Source: an uncultured Actinomycetota bacterium (GTDB lineage Bacteria; Actinomycetota; Actinomycetes; JAHEKZ01). Taken from it: 64,000 nt of DNA. Within the stretch, counting starts at the first letter, position 1. Every line of letters starts with the position of its first letter. The translations under genes and the position numbers were made by a program. Positions 46,131-56,327 of the stretch are shown here, in pieces. Location: positions 736,001 through 800,000 of the forward strand of contig CAWHIJ010000003.1 of the NCBI GenBank assembly GCA_963829525.1, given 5' to 3'. Under the pieces are notes generated by a model that did not search any database, was not told the DNA's origin, and worked only from the letters and a program-made list of their open reading frames with translations.

Positions 46131-47240
46131 ATGAGTGAGCTGGAGATCGGACGCGGTAAGCGCGGTCGCTCGGCATGGCGATTCGACGACATCGCCATCG
46201 TCCCGCATCGGCGTACCCGCGACCCGCAGGAGATCTCGATCGCCTGGCAGATCGATGCCTACCGTTTCGAGCTGCCGCTGATGGCCGCACCTATGGACTC
46301 CGTTGTCTCGCCGGCCACCGCCATCACAATCGGCAAGCTTGGCGGGGTGGGCGTCCTCAATCTCGAAGGACTCTGGACGCGGTACGACGACCCCGCTCCG
46401 CTGTTGGCTGAGATCGCTGAGCTACATGACCACGAAGTGACCCGGCGGATGCAGAATCTCTATGACGAGCCGATCCGAGAGGATCTGATCGTTCAGCGAA
46501 TTGCCGAGGTCCGTGACGCAGGCGTCATCACCGCTGCGGCCCTCTCGCCCCAGCGCACCAAACAGCTCTGGAAGACGGTGGTCGACGCCGGTATCGACCT
46601 CTTCGTCATTCGCGGAACGACCGTCTCGGCTGAGCACGTGTCGAGCCAATCCGAGCCACTCAACCTCAAGCAGTTCATCTACGAGCTCGATGTTCCCGTT
46701 GTGGTCGGCGGCGTGGCTACCTACACGGCCGCTTTGCATCTCATGCGGACTGGAGCAGCTGGCGTCCTTGTCGGCTTTGGCGGTGGCGCGGCGCACACCA
46801 CCCGCGATGTGCTTGGCGTGGCAGTTCCGATGGCTACTGCAGTGGCGGATGTGGCGGCGGCGCGGCGTGACTACATGGATGAGTCCGGCGGACGCTACGT
46901 GCACGTCATTGCTGACGGTGGGGTCGGCAAGAGTGGCGACATTGCCAAGGCCATCGCCTGTGGGGCTGACGCCGTCATGATGGGGTCCCCGCTGGCAAGG
47001 GCCACCGATGCGCCAGGTTCGGGCTGGCACTGGGGCACCGAGGCGCATCACCACCTGCTGCCTCGGGGGGAGCGCGTTCGAGTGGGGGCCGTCGGCACGC
47101 TCGAGGAGGTACTTGTGGGTCCGTCGCGTACCTCTGATGGGTCGATGAACCTGTTCGGCGCTTTGCGACGCGCAATGGCCACGACTGGGTACTCCGACTT
47201 GAAGGAGTTTCAGCGCGTCGAGGTCACTGTCCTTCCCTAA
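46131..47240 (+). CDS. GuaB3-family IMP dehydrogenase-related protein
   Basis: EIGRGKRGR, RRTRDP, NLEGLWTRY, GTTVSAEHV, ATTGYSDLKEFQRV. Confidence 0.93.
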   Translation: MSELEIGRGKRGRSAWRFDDIAIVPHRRTRDPQEISIAWQIDAYRFELPLMAAPMDSVVSPATAITIGKLGGVGVLNLEGLWTRYDDPAPLLAEIAELHDHEVTRRMQNLYDEPIREDLIVQRIAEVRDAGVITAAALSPQRTKQLWKTVVDAGIDLFVIRGTTVSAEHVSSQSEPLNLKQFIYELDVPVVVGGVATYTAALHLMRTGAAGVLVGFGGGAAHTTRDVLGVAVPMATAVADVAAARRDYMDESGGRYVHVIADGGVGKSGDIAKAIACGADAVMMGSPLARATDAPGSGWHWGTEAHHHLLPRGERVRVGAVGTLEEVLVGPSRTSDGSMNLFGALRRAMATTGYSDLKEFQRVEVTVLP

Positions 47241-47252
47241 CCGCGGTAGGGC

Positions 47253-49034
47253 TCAGTCCTCATCGCGCCAGGAGCGCCACAGAGCCGCGTAGGCGCCATC
47301 TGCGGCAACGAGCTCGTCGTGGCTTCCTGACTCGGTGATGTTTCCCTCCTCGACGACGACAACGCGCTTCGCGTCGTGCGCCGTCATCAGGCGGTGCGCG
47401 ATCGCGATGACGGTGCGGCCCTCAAGGACGGCAGCCAGTGACTGCTCGAGGTGACGCGCAGCCCGCGGGTCGAGGAGTGAGGTGGCCTCGTCGAGCACGA
47501 GGGTGTGCGGGTCGGCCAGCACGAGGCGGGCCAGTGCCAGCTGTTGTGCCTGTGCTGGGGTCAGCTTGTGGCGGCCGGTCCCCACTTCGGTGAGCAGTCC
47601 CCGTTCCAGCGCGTGAGCCCAATCAGCGGCGTCGACCGAGCCGAGCGCTTCCCAGAGCTGGGTGTCAGACGCGTCAGGTCGCGCGAGCAGTAGGTTGTCA
47701 CGAAGTGTTCCGATGAAGACGTGGTGCTCTTGCGTGACCAGAGCAACGTGGCGCCGCACCTTCTCGGTGGGCAGCGAGGCCAGCGCGACACCGCCCATGT
47801 CGATGGTTCCCGTGCGCGGAGCGTGCAGACCGGCCAGCAGGCGCCCCAGAGTCGACTTTCCGGCGCCCGAGGGCCCGACGATCGCGACACGATCACCTGG
47901 CTCGATGTCCATGCTGACTCCGTGAAGCACGTCACGGCCCTCGCGATACCCGTATCGGACGTCGTGCGCGTGCAGGTCGGCAGCTTGCGGCTCATGAGTA
48001 CCGTCGGTCACGGGGTCAGGAACATCGTGCACTCCGATCAGTCGCGCCATCGAGGCTTGACCGACCTGCAGCTCGTCGTACCACATCAAGACGATGTCAA
48101 CCGGCTCGATGAGCATCTGCGTGTACAGCACAGCTGCGGTGACCTGGGCGAGACTCACCTGCCCGTCGATGTAGAGCCACCCACCGAGCGCGAGCACCGC
48201 CGCAAGCGGGAGAACGTAGGAGATCTCGATCGACGGGAAGAAGACCGTGCGCAGGTAGAGGGTGTAGCGCTCCCAACTGATCCAGCGCTTGATGGCCTTG
48301 TCGGTGCGACGGACCCGCGCGTCACCGAGCCGGTAGGCCTCGACCGTTCGACCGGCGTCGACCGTCTCGGCGATTCCTGCGTTGACGGCTGCGTACGAGG
48401 ACATCTCATGCCGGTAGGCGTATGGCGCTCGTTTGAAGTACCAACGTGTCACCACCACGATCACGGGCACGGCGAACAGCCATGACACTGCGAGGATGGG
48501 AGCGGTTAGAACCAGAGCTGCAAAGACCAGTGTGGCGGTGACCAACGCGATGGCGATCTCGGGAACCGCCAGTCGAACCGCCCACGAGAGCCGGTCGACG
48601 TCGGTGGTTGTCCGAGTGACGAGGTCACCAGTCCCGGCCCTCTCGACGACGCCGGGAGGGAGGGCTACGACGCGGGTGAGGAAATCTTCGCGCAGGTCGG
48701 CGAGGATCGATTCCCCGAGCACCGCGCCCCGGATGCGAGCCCATCGGGTGAACGCAGTCTGCACCAGGAGTGCGAAGAGGAAGATGAGAGCAGCCTTGTT
48801 GACGTAGGCGTTGTCGACTCCCGTACCGATCTTCTCGACCAGACCACCTAATACCTGCGGTCCGACGATCGAGGCGGCGGCGGCGACGGCGTTGAGGCCG
48901 ACGAGGGCGAAGAAGAGTCCCCGGTTGCGCCGCAGCAGCGTGAGGACGTACTTGCGGACCGACTCGGGGCTGGAGACGGGCAGTTTGCCCTCAGTGCTCT
49001 TCTCGGTCTGAGCCAGTGACTCGGGGGGCTTCAC
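47253..49034 (-). CDS. ABC exporter half-transporter (TMD+NBD)
   Basis: GPSGAGKST Walker A, degenerate signature LTPAQAQQ, LDEATS, IAHRL. Confidence 0.92.
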   Translation of the reverse strand: MKPPESLAQTEKSTEGKLPVSSPESVRKYVLTLLRRNRGLFFALVGLNAVAAAASIVGPQVLGGLVEKIGTGVDNAYVNKAALIFLFALLVQTAFTRWARIRGAVLGESILADLREDFLTRVVALPPGVVERAGTGDLVTRTTTDVDRLSWAVRLAVPEIAIALVTATLVFAALVLTAPILAVSWLFAVPVIVVVTRWYFKRAPYAYRHEMSSYAAVNAGIAETVDAGRTVEAYRLGDARVRRTDKAIKRWISWERYTLYLRTVFFPSIEISYVLPLAAVLALGGWLYIDGQVSLAQVTAAVLYTQMLIEPVDIVLMWYDELQVGQASMARLIGVHDVPDPVTDGTHEPQAADLHAHDVRYGYREGRDVLHGVSMDIEPGDRVAIVGPSGAGKSTLGRLLAGLHAPRTGTIDMGGVALASLPTEKVRRHVALVTQEHHVFIGTLRDNLLLARPDASDTQLWEALGSVDAADWAHALERGLLTEVGTGRHKLTPAQAQQLALARLVLADPHTLVLDEATSLLDPRAARHLEQSLAAVLEGRTVIAIAHRLMTAHDAKRVVVVEEGNITESGSHDELVAADGAYAALWRSWRDED

Positions 49035-50743
49035 GCGTCCTCCCCCCGTGTAACCGTCCAGCGGTAGTCAGCGTTCTCGCGCAGCAGTTGGCGGTGATGC
49101 CCAGTGGCTTGGATGCGGCCGTCCTTGAGGAAGGCGACGATATCGACGTGCTCAAGGAGCAGCGGGCTGGTGGTGAAGACCACGGTGGTCCGCCCAGCTC
49201 TGGCATCGCGCAGCCCGAGCCCAATGCGCGCCTCTGTGTGGGCGTCGACGGCGCTGGTCGGCTCATCGAGGATCAGTACCTCGGGGTCGGCAACGAGTGA
49301 CCGGGCCAGCGCCAGCCGCTGCCGCTGGCCCCCGGAAAGTGAACGGCCACGCTCGGGCAGGTCGGTGGCCAGGCCGTCGGGCAGTGCATCGACGACGTCG
49401 AGCGCTGACGCCGATGCCAGCGCGTCCGCCACCTCCACGCGACCGGTGCGGGGGATGTCGAAGAGGTCTTCGGCTGCTCCGGACAAGATCATGGGGTCCT
49501 TGTCCTGCACCAGGACGCGTTCACGAACGGTCAGAAGCGGCAGGTCCTCGACCGGTGTCCCATCGAGCGAGACGTTCGACTCGCGGTAGCGTCCCAGCCG
49601 GTCGATCAGTACCTCGGAGGCGTCAGGGTCGTCGGTCACGATCGCGGTCAGCTGACCCGGTGCGATAACGAGGCCGGTCAGAGGGTCAGTGATCTCACCG
49701 GCATTCGAAATGGGGGCTGGCGCCGTCGCCTCGTCCCCCTCGTCGAACATGCGCTCAAGGGTCATCACGGTGATCACGCGGGCTGAAGCCACGCGCGCGG
49801 CGGTGAACTTGTGCGCCGCCTCGGTGACTGTGCGCAGCGGCAACACGAGGAACGCGGTGTACCCGTAGAACGCGACGAGCTGTCCGACGGTCAGTTCACC
49901 TTGCAGGGCCAAACGCGCACCCAGCCAGGTGACGATGACCACGAACAGACCAGGAAGAAAGACCTGCATCGCGTCGAGAAGAGCACGGATGCGGGCGGTC
50001 CGAACAGCTGCGGCCTGCACCTTCTTCGACTCCGCCTGAAAGCGGGCCAGGAACAGATCCTCGCCGCCGATGCCGCGAAGCACGCGCAGACCGGCGACCG
50101 TATCGGCGGCAAGCTCTTGAGTCAGGCCGAGGTGCACGCGCTGCTCGCGTTCGCGCCTCTCGAGTGGGCGCACCAGTGGCGCCACTGCCAGGGAAAGCAA
50201 GGGAACACCGACCAGCACGATGATCCCGAGGGTGGCGTTGCTGGCGATCAAGATGGCGGCGACCACGAAGAACGCGATGATGGCCCCGACCATGCGGGGC
50301 AAGATGTCGAGCGCATTGCCGATCCGCTCGACGTCGTTGGCCGAAGCGGCCACGACCTCACCGGTGGCGACCTGCTTCGGCAGATCGGCCCCGAGGTGGG
50401 TGGCACGCCTGATGAGCAGCTGTTGAACGCGTGTTCCGGCAGTGACCCAGTTGGCCACGGCGTATCGGTGACGGACGAGCCCGGCGCCGGCTTGGACCAC
50501 TCCAAGGACCAGGACAACGCCGGCCCACTGGAGCGCTTTGGCCTCGTCCTTGTCGGAAATTGCCTGGATCCCGGCACCGAGAGCACCGGGGATCAGCGCC
50601 TGGCCCACCATCCAGATCACGCCCCAGACCACGCCCAGCGCCAGGAGTTTCTTCTGCTGGCGTCCGATCCACAGCAGAAAGCGCCCAGGCGTCGTGAGGA
50701 CAGGGTCGCCGGGGTCGGAGTGAGGGAGGTTGTCGAGCAGCAT
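49031..50743 (-). CDS. ABC exporter half-transporter (TMD+NBD, degenerate Walker A)
   Basis: LSGGQRQR, LDEPTSAVD; no GxxGxGKS/T. Confidence 0.92.
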   Translation of the reverse strand: MLLDNLPHSDPGDPVLTTPGRFLLWIGRQQKKLLALGVVWGVIWMVGQALIPGALGAGIQAISDKDEAKALQWAGVVLVLGVVQAGAGLVRHRYAVANWVTAGTRVQQLLIRRATHLGADLPKQVATGEVVAASANDVERIGNALDILPRMVGAIIAFFVVAAILIASNATLGIIVLVGVPLLSLAVAPLVRPLERREREQRVHLGLTQELAADTVAGLRVLRGIGGEDLFLARFQAESKKVQAAAVRTARIRALLDAMQVFLPGLFVVIVTWLGARLALQGELTVGQLVAFYGYTAFLVLPLRTVTEAAHKFTAARVASARVITVMTLERMFDEGDEATAPAPISNAGEITDPLTGLVIAPGQLTAIVTDDPDASEVLIDRLGRYRESNVSLDGTPVEDLPLLTVRERVLVQDKDPMILSGAAEDLFDIPRTGRVEVADALASASALDVVDALPDGLATDLPERGRSLSGGQRQRLALARSLVADPEVLILDEPTSAVDAHTEARIGLGLRDARAGRTTVVFTTSPLLLEHVDIVAFLKDGRIQATGHHRQLLRENADYRWTVTRGEDA

Positions 50744-50834
50744 GTCGACCCCACGCTAGGGGAGAGGACCGTCACGGGGCCATCCACTTTCCCGGCCGCA
50801 AGGGGTGACATTCGCGCGTCGGTAGGATCGGCGG

Positions 50835-52411
50835 GTGACAGCGGAGAGTTTTGACACCGTCCTCGTCGTCGACTTCGGCGCCCAGTACGCCCAGTTGATC
50901 GCACGCCGAGTGCGCGAGGCCAGGGTCTACAGCGAGATCGTTCCGCACACCATGTCGGTGACCGAGATGCTCGCCAAGCGTCCGGCGGCGATCATCCTCT
51001 CCGGGGGGCCCGAGCAGCGTCTACGCCGATGGCGCGCCGCAGGTCGACGCCGCTCTCTTCCGTTCGGGCGTTCCGACGTTCGGGATCTGCTACGGCTTTC
51101 AGGCCATGGCTCAGGCACTTGGTGGCGAGGTCGCGAGGACTGGTACCTCGGAGTTCGGTGGAACTCCGCTCAACGTCGTCGATCGCGAGTCGGCTCTGTT
51201 CGCGGACCTGCCGAATGAGCTCTCGGTATGGATGTCCCACGGGGACTCAGTGACAGTTGCGCCGGCAGGCTTCGCGGTCTCGGCCATGAGCGAGGGCGCT
51301 CCTGTCGCAGCCTTCGAGAGCGTCGATCAGCGTATGGCCGGCGTGCAGTTCCACCCAGAGGTGATGCACTCCCAGCACGGCCAGCAGGTGCTCGAGCACT
51401 TCCTGTTCGAGATCGCCGGGTGTCGTCCCACCTGGACGATGAGCAACGTGATCGACGAGCAGGTCGAGCTGATCCGCGCACAGGTGGGCAACAAGCTCGT
51501 CATCTGCGGTCTCTCCGGCGGCGTCGACTCAGCAGTGGCCGCTGCCTTGGTGCAGCGAGCCATCGGCGACCAGCTCACCTGCGTCTTCGTCAACCACGGC
51601 CTCTTGCGAGCCGGCGAGGCCGAGCAGGTCGAGAAGGACTTCGTGTCCGCGACGGGCGTTCGGCTCGAAGGTGGTCGACGCCGAACGTCGCTTCCTGGAC
51701 GCACTCGCTGGAGTTGTCGATCCCGAGCAGAAGCGCAAGGTGATCGGACGCGAGTTCATCCGCGTCTTCGAGGATGCGGCGGCTGAGGTCGTCGCTGAGG
51801 CTGGCGCTCACGGGCAGCAGGTGGAGTTCCTCGTGCAGGGGACTCTCTACCCAGACGTCGTCGAGAGCGGTGGAGGCACCGGCACGGCGAACATCAAGAG
51901 CCACCACAACGTGGGCGGGCTGCCCGAGGATCTGCAGTTCCAGCTCGTCGAGCCGCTTCGGGCACTCTTCAAGGACGAGGTGCGGGCCGTTGGCGAGCAG
52001 CTGGACCTTCCGGCCGAGATCGTCTGGCGTCATCCGTTCCCGGGGCCGGGGCTCGGGATCCGGATCATCGGCGAGGTCACCCATGACCGCCTAGAAACGC
52101 TGCGCGCAGCCGATGCGATCGCACGCGAAGAGCTCACACGCGCCGGGCTCGACGGCGACGTCTGGCAGTTCCCCGTTGTTTTACTGGGCGACGTTCGTTC
52201 GGTCGGCGTCCAGGGAGACGGCCGCACCTACGGCCACCCGGTGGTGCTGCGACCGGTTTCGAGTGAGGACGCTATGACGGCGGACTGGTCGCGACTTCCG
52301 TATGAAGTGATCGCCAAGATCTCCACGCGGATCACCAATGAGGTTCGCGAGATCAACCGGGTCGTCCTGGACGTGACGAGCAAACCACCCGGCACCATCG
52401 AGTGGGAGTAG
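50835..52411 (+). CDS. guaA: GMP synthase, two frameshifts near 51010 and 51668
   Basis: [55 protein letters not shown] across three frames. Confidence 0.97.
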
Positions 52412-52502
52412 TCCAGCAAGGCTCCCTGCGGCTGGGCGGCGTCGCGCTCTAACCAGAGCCCCGTCCTCCCGCCGTGGAGGGTTGTTCAGCCTCACAGGCT
52501 CC

Positions 52503-53000
52503 TCAGTGGTAAGGCGGAAGTGACCTGTGCCCGCGCCAGGGCATCGACTCAGGCTTGTGACTTCCTGTGAAGACGTAGCGGGCGCGGTGGAATATCCGGT
52601 AGCCGTCGGTTCTCCAGACTCCCCTCAAGGTGACTCGTACCCGGTACGAGTGGAACGTCCCCGAAACGCAACTCGGGTCGCAGTCATTGACCAACTCTCG
52701 ACCGACTGCCCGTGCCGTGAAGGGTCCCCAAGAACGCCACCGCAGTCGGCGATACTGGTCGCCGCCGTCTGCACAGGTGAGCATTATGCGCCTCGGACGC
52801 ACTGTCGGTGGCCACATGCAGTCGGCTTGCACTCGGGTGACCTTCGCCATCGCCGCTATCGGCAAACCCGCAGTCATCGCACTGCCCTTCCCCGGCCCAG
52901 CTGAAGAGGAATACGAAGGGGCGGCCAGGTTGAGTGACAACATCAGCACCGCAAGTACCGCAAGCACCGTGGCCCGAGCAACAAGGGCGATGCGTGACAT
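52503..53000 (-). CDS. Hypothetical secreted Cys-containing protein
   Basis: SD GGAAGGAGG before ATG 53000; signal peptide; RP..IMLTCADG, WRSWG, NDCDPSCVSG. Confidence 0.72.
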   Translation of the reverse strand: MSRIALVARATVLAVLAVLMLSLNLAAPSYSSSAGPGKGSAMTAGLPIAAMAKVTRVQADCMWPPTVRPRRIMLTCADGGDQYRRLRWRSWGPFTARAVGRELVNDCDPSCVSGTFHSYRVRVTLRGVWRTDGYRIFHRARYVFTGSHKPESMPWRGHRSLPPYH

Positions 53001-53097
53001 GGTGACGCCTCCTTCCGCTGCGGTAGCCCGCCGCAGACTCCATTCAACTGGCGGGAAGAGCCACTTAGTAGAGAACCAGGTCCCTTCCATAGTGGGG

Positions 53098-53124
53098 CTC
53101 AAGGTGTTCACCCGAATGGCCGAT
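53098..53124 (+). promoter_or_regulatory. Candidate sigma-28 promoter of the chemoreceptor
   Basis: CTCA-N17-GCCGAT (TCAAG-N15-GCCGAT). Confidence 0.65.
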
Positions 53125-53182
53125 CCCTGTCCTGATCAAGCGTCAGATAGCGCCGTTTCGGGGACGGCACAGGGGAGTGGGC

Positions 53183-55264
53183 ATGACTCGTCGTTCGTTG
53201 CGCGTGGTTGCGCTGACCCTTGGGCTGTCCCTAACAGCCCTAGGCACCGGCCTCCTCTTCCTCGGGGTCCGTGAGTCAGCCCAGACCGCGACCGACCTCG
53301 ACCAGCAGCTAACGAGAGCCTCCGAAGGCTCGGCCGTCCTGCTGTCGGAGTTCTTCGACCGCGCGGTCGGCTCGGATCTGCAGCTTGCTGCCGAACCCTC
53401 GTTCCAGAACGTCTACGAGGCACCCGGGTCGCTGGCGTCGAAGGTCAGCAAGTCCATCCCCGCCCTTGCGGACTCGCACAAGAGTCTGGCCGCCATCGAG
53501 GATACTTATCCCGGCGCGGTGAGCGAAGCATGCCTCATCGACTTGGACACCGGTCGTGAGTTGGCGCGAGTGGTGAAGGGCAAGACGGCATCAGCGTCGG
53601 ACCTGTCGCTGGACGAGACTGGGGCCCAGTTCTTCAAGCCCACCTCACAGCAGCCTGTTGGCGTGCCCTACCAATCACTTCCTTACATTTCAGAGGACAC
53701 CAACCTCTGGGTGATCGCGACCGCGACTCTCGTTGAGGTGGACGGCAGGGCTGAGGCGCTTGCCCACTTCGAGGTGAGCATCGAGAGCCTTCGCCAAGCA
53801 TTAGTGGCAGCCGACGCTGGCGCTCACATCCGGGTGGTCGATGCGGCTACCGGCCAGGTGGTCATCGATGGAGATCAGGAGCAATTTCCGAAGGGTGACC
53901 TCGGCAACCCAACAGACGACACCTTCAGCGACCAGGACCTCTCGAACAGTGAGGTCGTGACTCTCGGCGGCGAGCGGGCGAGCCTGGTCCCGATGCCCGA
54001 CGGCCGGACGTTGGACGCGACCAATGCCAACCGATGGGTCGTCACGGCATCGGCCCCCAGCGTCGCGACCGGGCTCGTTGCCAACCTCACCCCTTTGATC
54101 ATTGCGCTCCTTGCGATTGGCATCCCGCTCACCATCGCCGGACTCGTCGGTGCATTTCGTGCTCGCCGTCGACGCCAGGCTGACGAGGAGCTCATTCGCG
54201 TCGAGCGTGACTCCCTCGACGCCCGCATGGAGGACCTGTCCCATGCGCTGGCCCTGGCCGCCGCCGGTGACCTGTCGGTGACGGTTGACGTCGATCTCGG
54301 CGACGAGAGGATGACTGCTCTTGCCCAGGCCTTCGACGCCACACTCACCCACCTGCGTGACCTCGTCGCCCAGGCGCAGGCCAGTGGTGAACGTCTGGCC
54401 CGATCAGCGACCGAGCTGCAGGCAACCGCCGTGCAGCAGGCTGGCGCCGCTTCCGAGCAGTCTGCGGCGGTCACCGAAACGACGGCCACCGTCGAGGAGC
54501 TTGCGGCGACCGCAGCTCAGATCGCCGACACCGCGTCGCTGGTTGCCGACTCGGCAGAGGAGACCTTGACGTTGACCAGTGAGGGTCTAAGCGCCGTGCA
54601 GGACTCGGTCTCGGCAATCGGCCGCATTACCGACACGGTCGACACGATCTCCACCAGCTCGAGCGCGCTCGGCGAAAAGGTCGGCGAGATCGGCCGAATC
54701 TTGGCCCTGATCGATGAGCTCAGTGAGCAGACCAACTTGTTGGCGCTGAACGCAGCGATCGAGGCGGCCCGCGCCGGTGAGCACGGTCGGGGGTTCGCTG
54801 TCGTCGCGGCAGAGGTACGCAAACTTGCCGAGCGAGCGCAGGAATCGACGGCGCAGATCCAGGGGCTTGTCACTGAGATCCAGGCCTACACGCAGACGAC
54901 CGTCCTGGCATCTGAGGCAGGTACTCGCGAGGCCAATCGTGGCGTCGAGGTGGCAGGAGCCGCGTCGACAGCCCTCGACCGGATCGCACAGATGGTCGAC
55001 TCGACGACTACAGCTGTTGCCGAGATCTCGGTCGCCACGCAGCAGCAGCGATCGGCGTCCGACCAGGTGGTCCAGGCGATGTCTCAGGTCGCCGACATGG
55101 CGCAGGCTTTCGCGGCTGGGTCGCAGCAGACCTCCGGCTCCGCGGCAGAGATCACCGCCCTCGCAGGTGAGTTCTCGGCGGCGATCGACCGGTTCGAGGT
55201 CACGGCAAAGCCGGACCCCGCTCGTCGGCCGGAGGTTTACCCCGTTTCGGCAGAATCTTCCTGA
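53183..55264 (+). CDS. Methyl-accepting chemotaxis protein (TM - Cache-like sensor - TM - HAMP-like - MCP signal)
   Basis: [36 protein letters not shown] hairpin tip; two TM helices flanking an extracellular domain with [13 protein letters not shown]. Confidence 0.95.
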   Translation: MTRRSLRVVALTLGLSLTALGTGLLFLGVRESAQTATDLDQQLTRASEGSAVLLSEFFDRAVGSDLQLAAEPSFQNVYEAPGSLASKVSKSIPALADSHKSLAAIEDTYPGAVSEACLIDLDTGRELARVVKGKTASASDLSLDETGAQFFKPTSQQPVGVPYQSLPYISEDTNLWVIATATLVEVDGRAEALAHFEVSIESLRQALVAADAGAHIRVVDAATGQVVIDGDQEQFPKGDLGNPTDDTFSDQDLSNSEVVTLGGERASLVPMPDGRTLDATNANRWVVTASAPSVATGLVANLTPLIIALLAIGIPLTIAGLVGAFRARRRRQADEELIRVERDSLDARMEDLSHALALAAAGDLSVTVDVDLGDERMTALAQAFDATLTHLRDLVAQAQASGERLARSATELQATAVQQAGAASEQSAAVTETTATVEELAATAAQIADTASLVADSAEETLTLTSEGLSAVQDSVSAIGRITDTVDTISTSSSALGEKVGEIGRILALIDELSEQTNLLALNAAIEAARAGEHGRGFAVVAAEVRKLAERAQESTAQIQGLVTEIQAYTQTTVLASEAGTREANRGVEVAGAASTALDRIAQMVDSTTTAVAEISVATQQQRSASDQVVQAMSQVADMAQAFAAGSQQTSGSAAEITALAGEFSAAIDRFEVTAKPDPARRPEVYPVSAESS

Positions 55265-55281
55265 ACTAGTTCCATCTAGTC

Positions 55282-55308
55282 CTAAAGAACTAGTCCGGGA
55301 TGTCCGAT
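55282..55308 (+). promoter_or_regulatory. Candidate sigma-28 promoter of small ORF
   Basis: CTAAAG...TCCGAT (TAAA-N16-TCCGAT). Confidence 0.5.
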
Positions 55309-55390
55309 TCAATGGTTACCCCCCTTCCCAAGGGATCCCTTCCAAGCAGTTCCCACAGTTCGACAGACAGCCCCACGAAAGTCAGGTGTC

Positions 55391-55558
55391 ATGGACTGGC
55401 AGCGATTCGATTGGCCGACAATGTCCGGCGAACCGGATTCAGACTGGTTTGAGTACCTGGAGCATCATGGGTGGACCGTGAGTCCGGTGCCGACCGTGGC
55501 CCGGATTGGCTCGCGGAGCTACCTGCGATTTCTCGGCTGGCGGGCCCGCGCGGCATAA
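55391..55558 (+). CDS. Unannotated 55-aa Trp-rich small protein
   Basis: MDWQRFDWPTMSGEPDSDWFEYLEHHGWTVSPVPTVARIGSRSYLRFLGWRARAA*; SD-like CAGGTG; fills the MCP-NUDIX gap. Confidence 0.6.
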   Translation: MDWQRFDWPTMSGEPDSDWFEYLEHHGWTVSPVPTVARIGSRSYLRFLGWRARAA

Positions 55559-55609
55559 GTCGTGCGGGCCCCGCCGGGCTGAAGGGAACGGCGTGGCAGG
55601 ATCGCCGCT

Positions 55610-56068
55610 GTGGTTCAAGCAGTGCAGGACATCCAGCGCGTGGCGGCCTACGGCTTGGTGCAGCGCGAGGGCCGGCTGCTCTTGGTCCAGCTGACGAAAC
55701 GAACCCCAGCGGCTGGAGCCTGGTCGCTTCCCGGCGGAGGCATCGACCACGGAGAACACCCTGCGGACGCTGTCGTCCGTGAGCTCTACGAAGAGACGGG
55801 GCTTCGTGGACGAGTCGTCGAACTGCTCGACGTCGACTCGCACTTCCGTGAGTACTACCTCGACCAGGAGGTGCTGGAGCGGTACCACGCGGTGCGAATC
55901 CTTTACCGCGTCACGGTCGACAGTGACGGCCCGCTGGCGGTGATCGACGCGGACGGCAGCTCGGACTGTCCCACCTGGTACCCACTTGACGAGGTGCGCT
56001 CGCTGCGCTTGACGCCGATCGCCTCTCGTGGACTGCAGTTCGCCGCGGCGTCCGGCTCACTCAGCTGA
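55610..56068 (+). CDS. NUDIX hydrolase
   Basis: WSLPGGGIDHGEHPADAVVRELYEETGL Nudix box. Confidence 0.93.
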   Translation: MVQAVQDIQRVAAYGLVQREGRLLLVQLTKRTPAAGAWSLPGGGIDHGEHPADAVVRELYEETGLRGRVVELLDVDSHFREYYLDQEVLERYHAVRILYRVTVDSDGPLAVIDADGSSDCPTWYPLDEVRSLRLTPIASRGLQFAAASGSLS

Positions 56069-56327
56069 TTGAGATGCGCTCCGGCTCTGCTGCTTCGCCC
56101 TCATCCCGTCCTGCGGCATCTGGGGAGTTGTCGCTATCCGAGCTTGACCTCAGACCGCTGACCGCGCCTGCGATACCAGCCACGCCCAAGGTGATGAGGG
56201 CGAGTGGAAGGATCCACCGACCGTCGATGTCCCACGAGAGCTGATCAGCGAGTAGGTAGACGGTGGCCGCGCCGCCGAACACAGCGCCGAAGATGAAGGA
56301 CGTCAGGTCGAACGGGTGGCGCTTCAT
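56061..56327 (-). CDS. Small two-TM membrane protein of the pspC locus
   Basis: MKRHPFDLTSFIFGAVF...; overlaps stop of the PspC-domain gene. Confidence 0.8.
   Translation of the reverse strand: MKRHPFDLTSFIFGAVFGGAATVYLLADQLSWDIDGRWILPLALITLGVAGIAGAVSGLRSSSDSDNSPDAAGRDEGEAAEPERISIS

Noticed and set aside
53125-53182. c-di-GMP or c-di-AMP riboswitch before the MCP
   Set aside because: Only a CCCTGT/ACAGGG-closed hairpin in a short leader; conserved aptamer motifs are absent.
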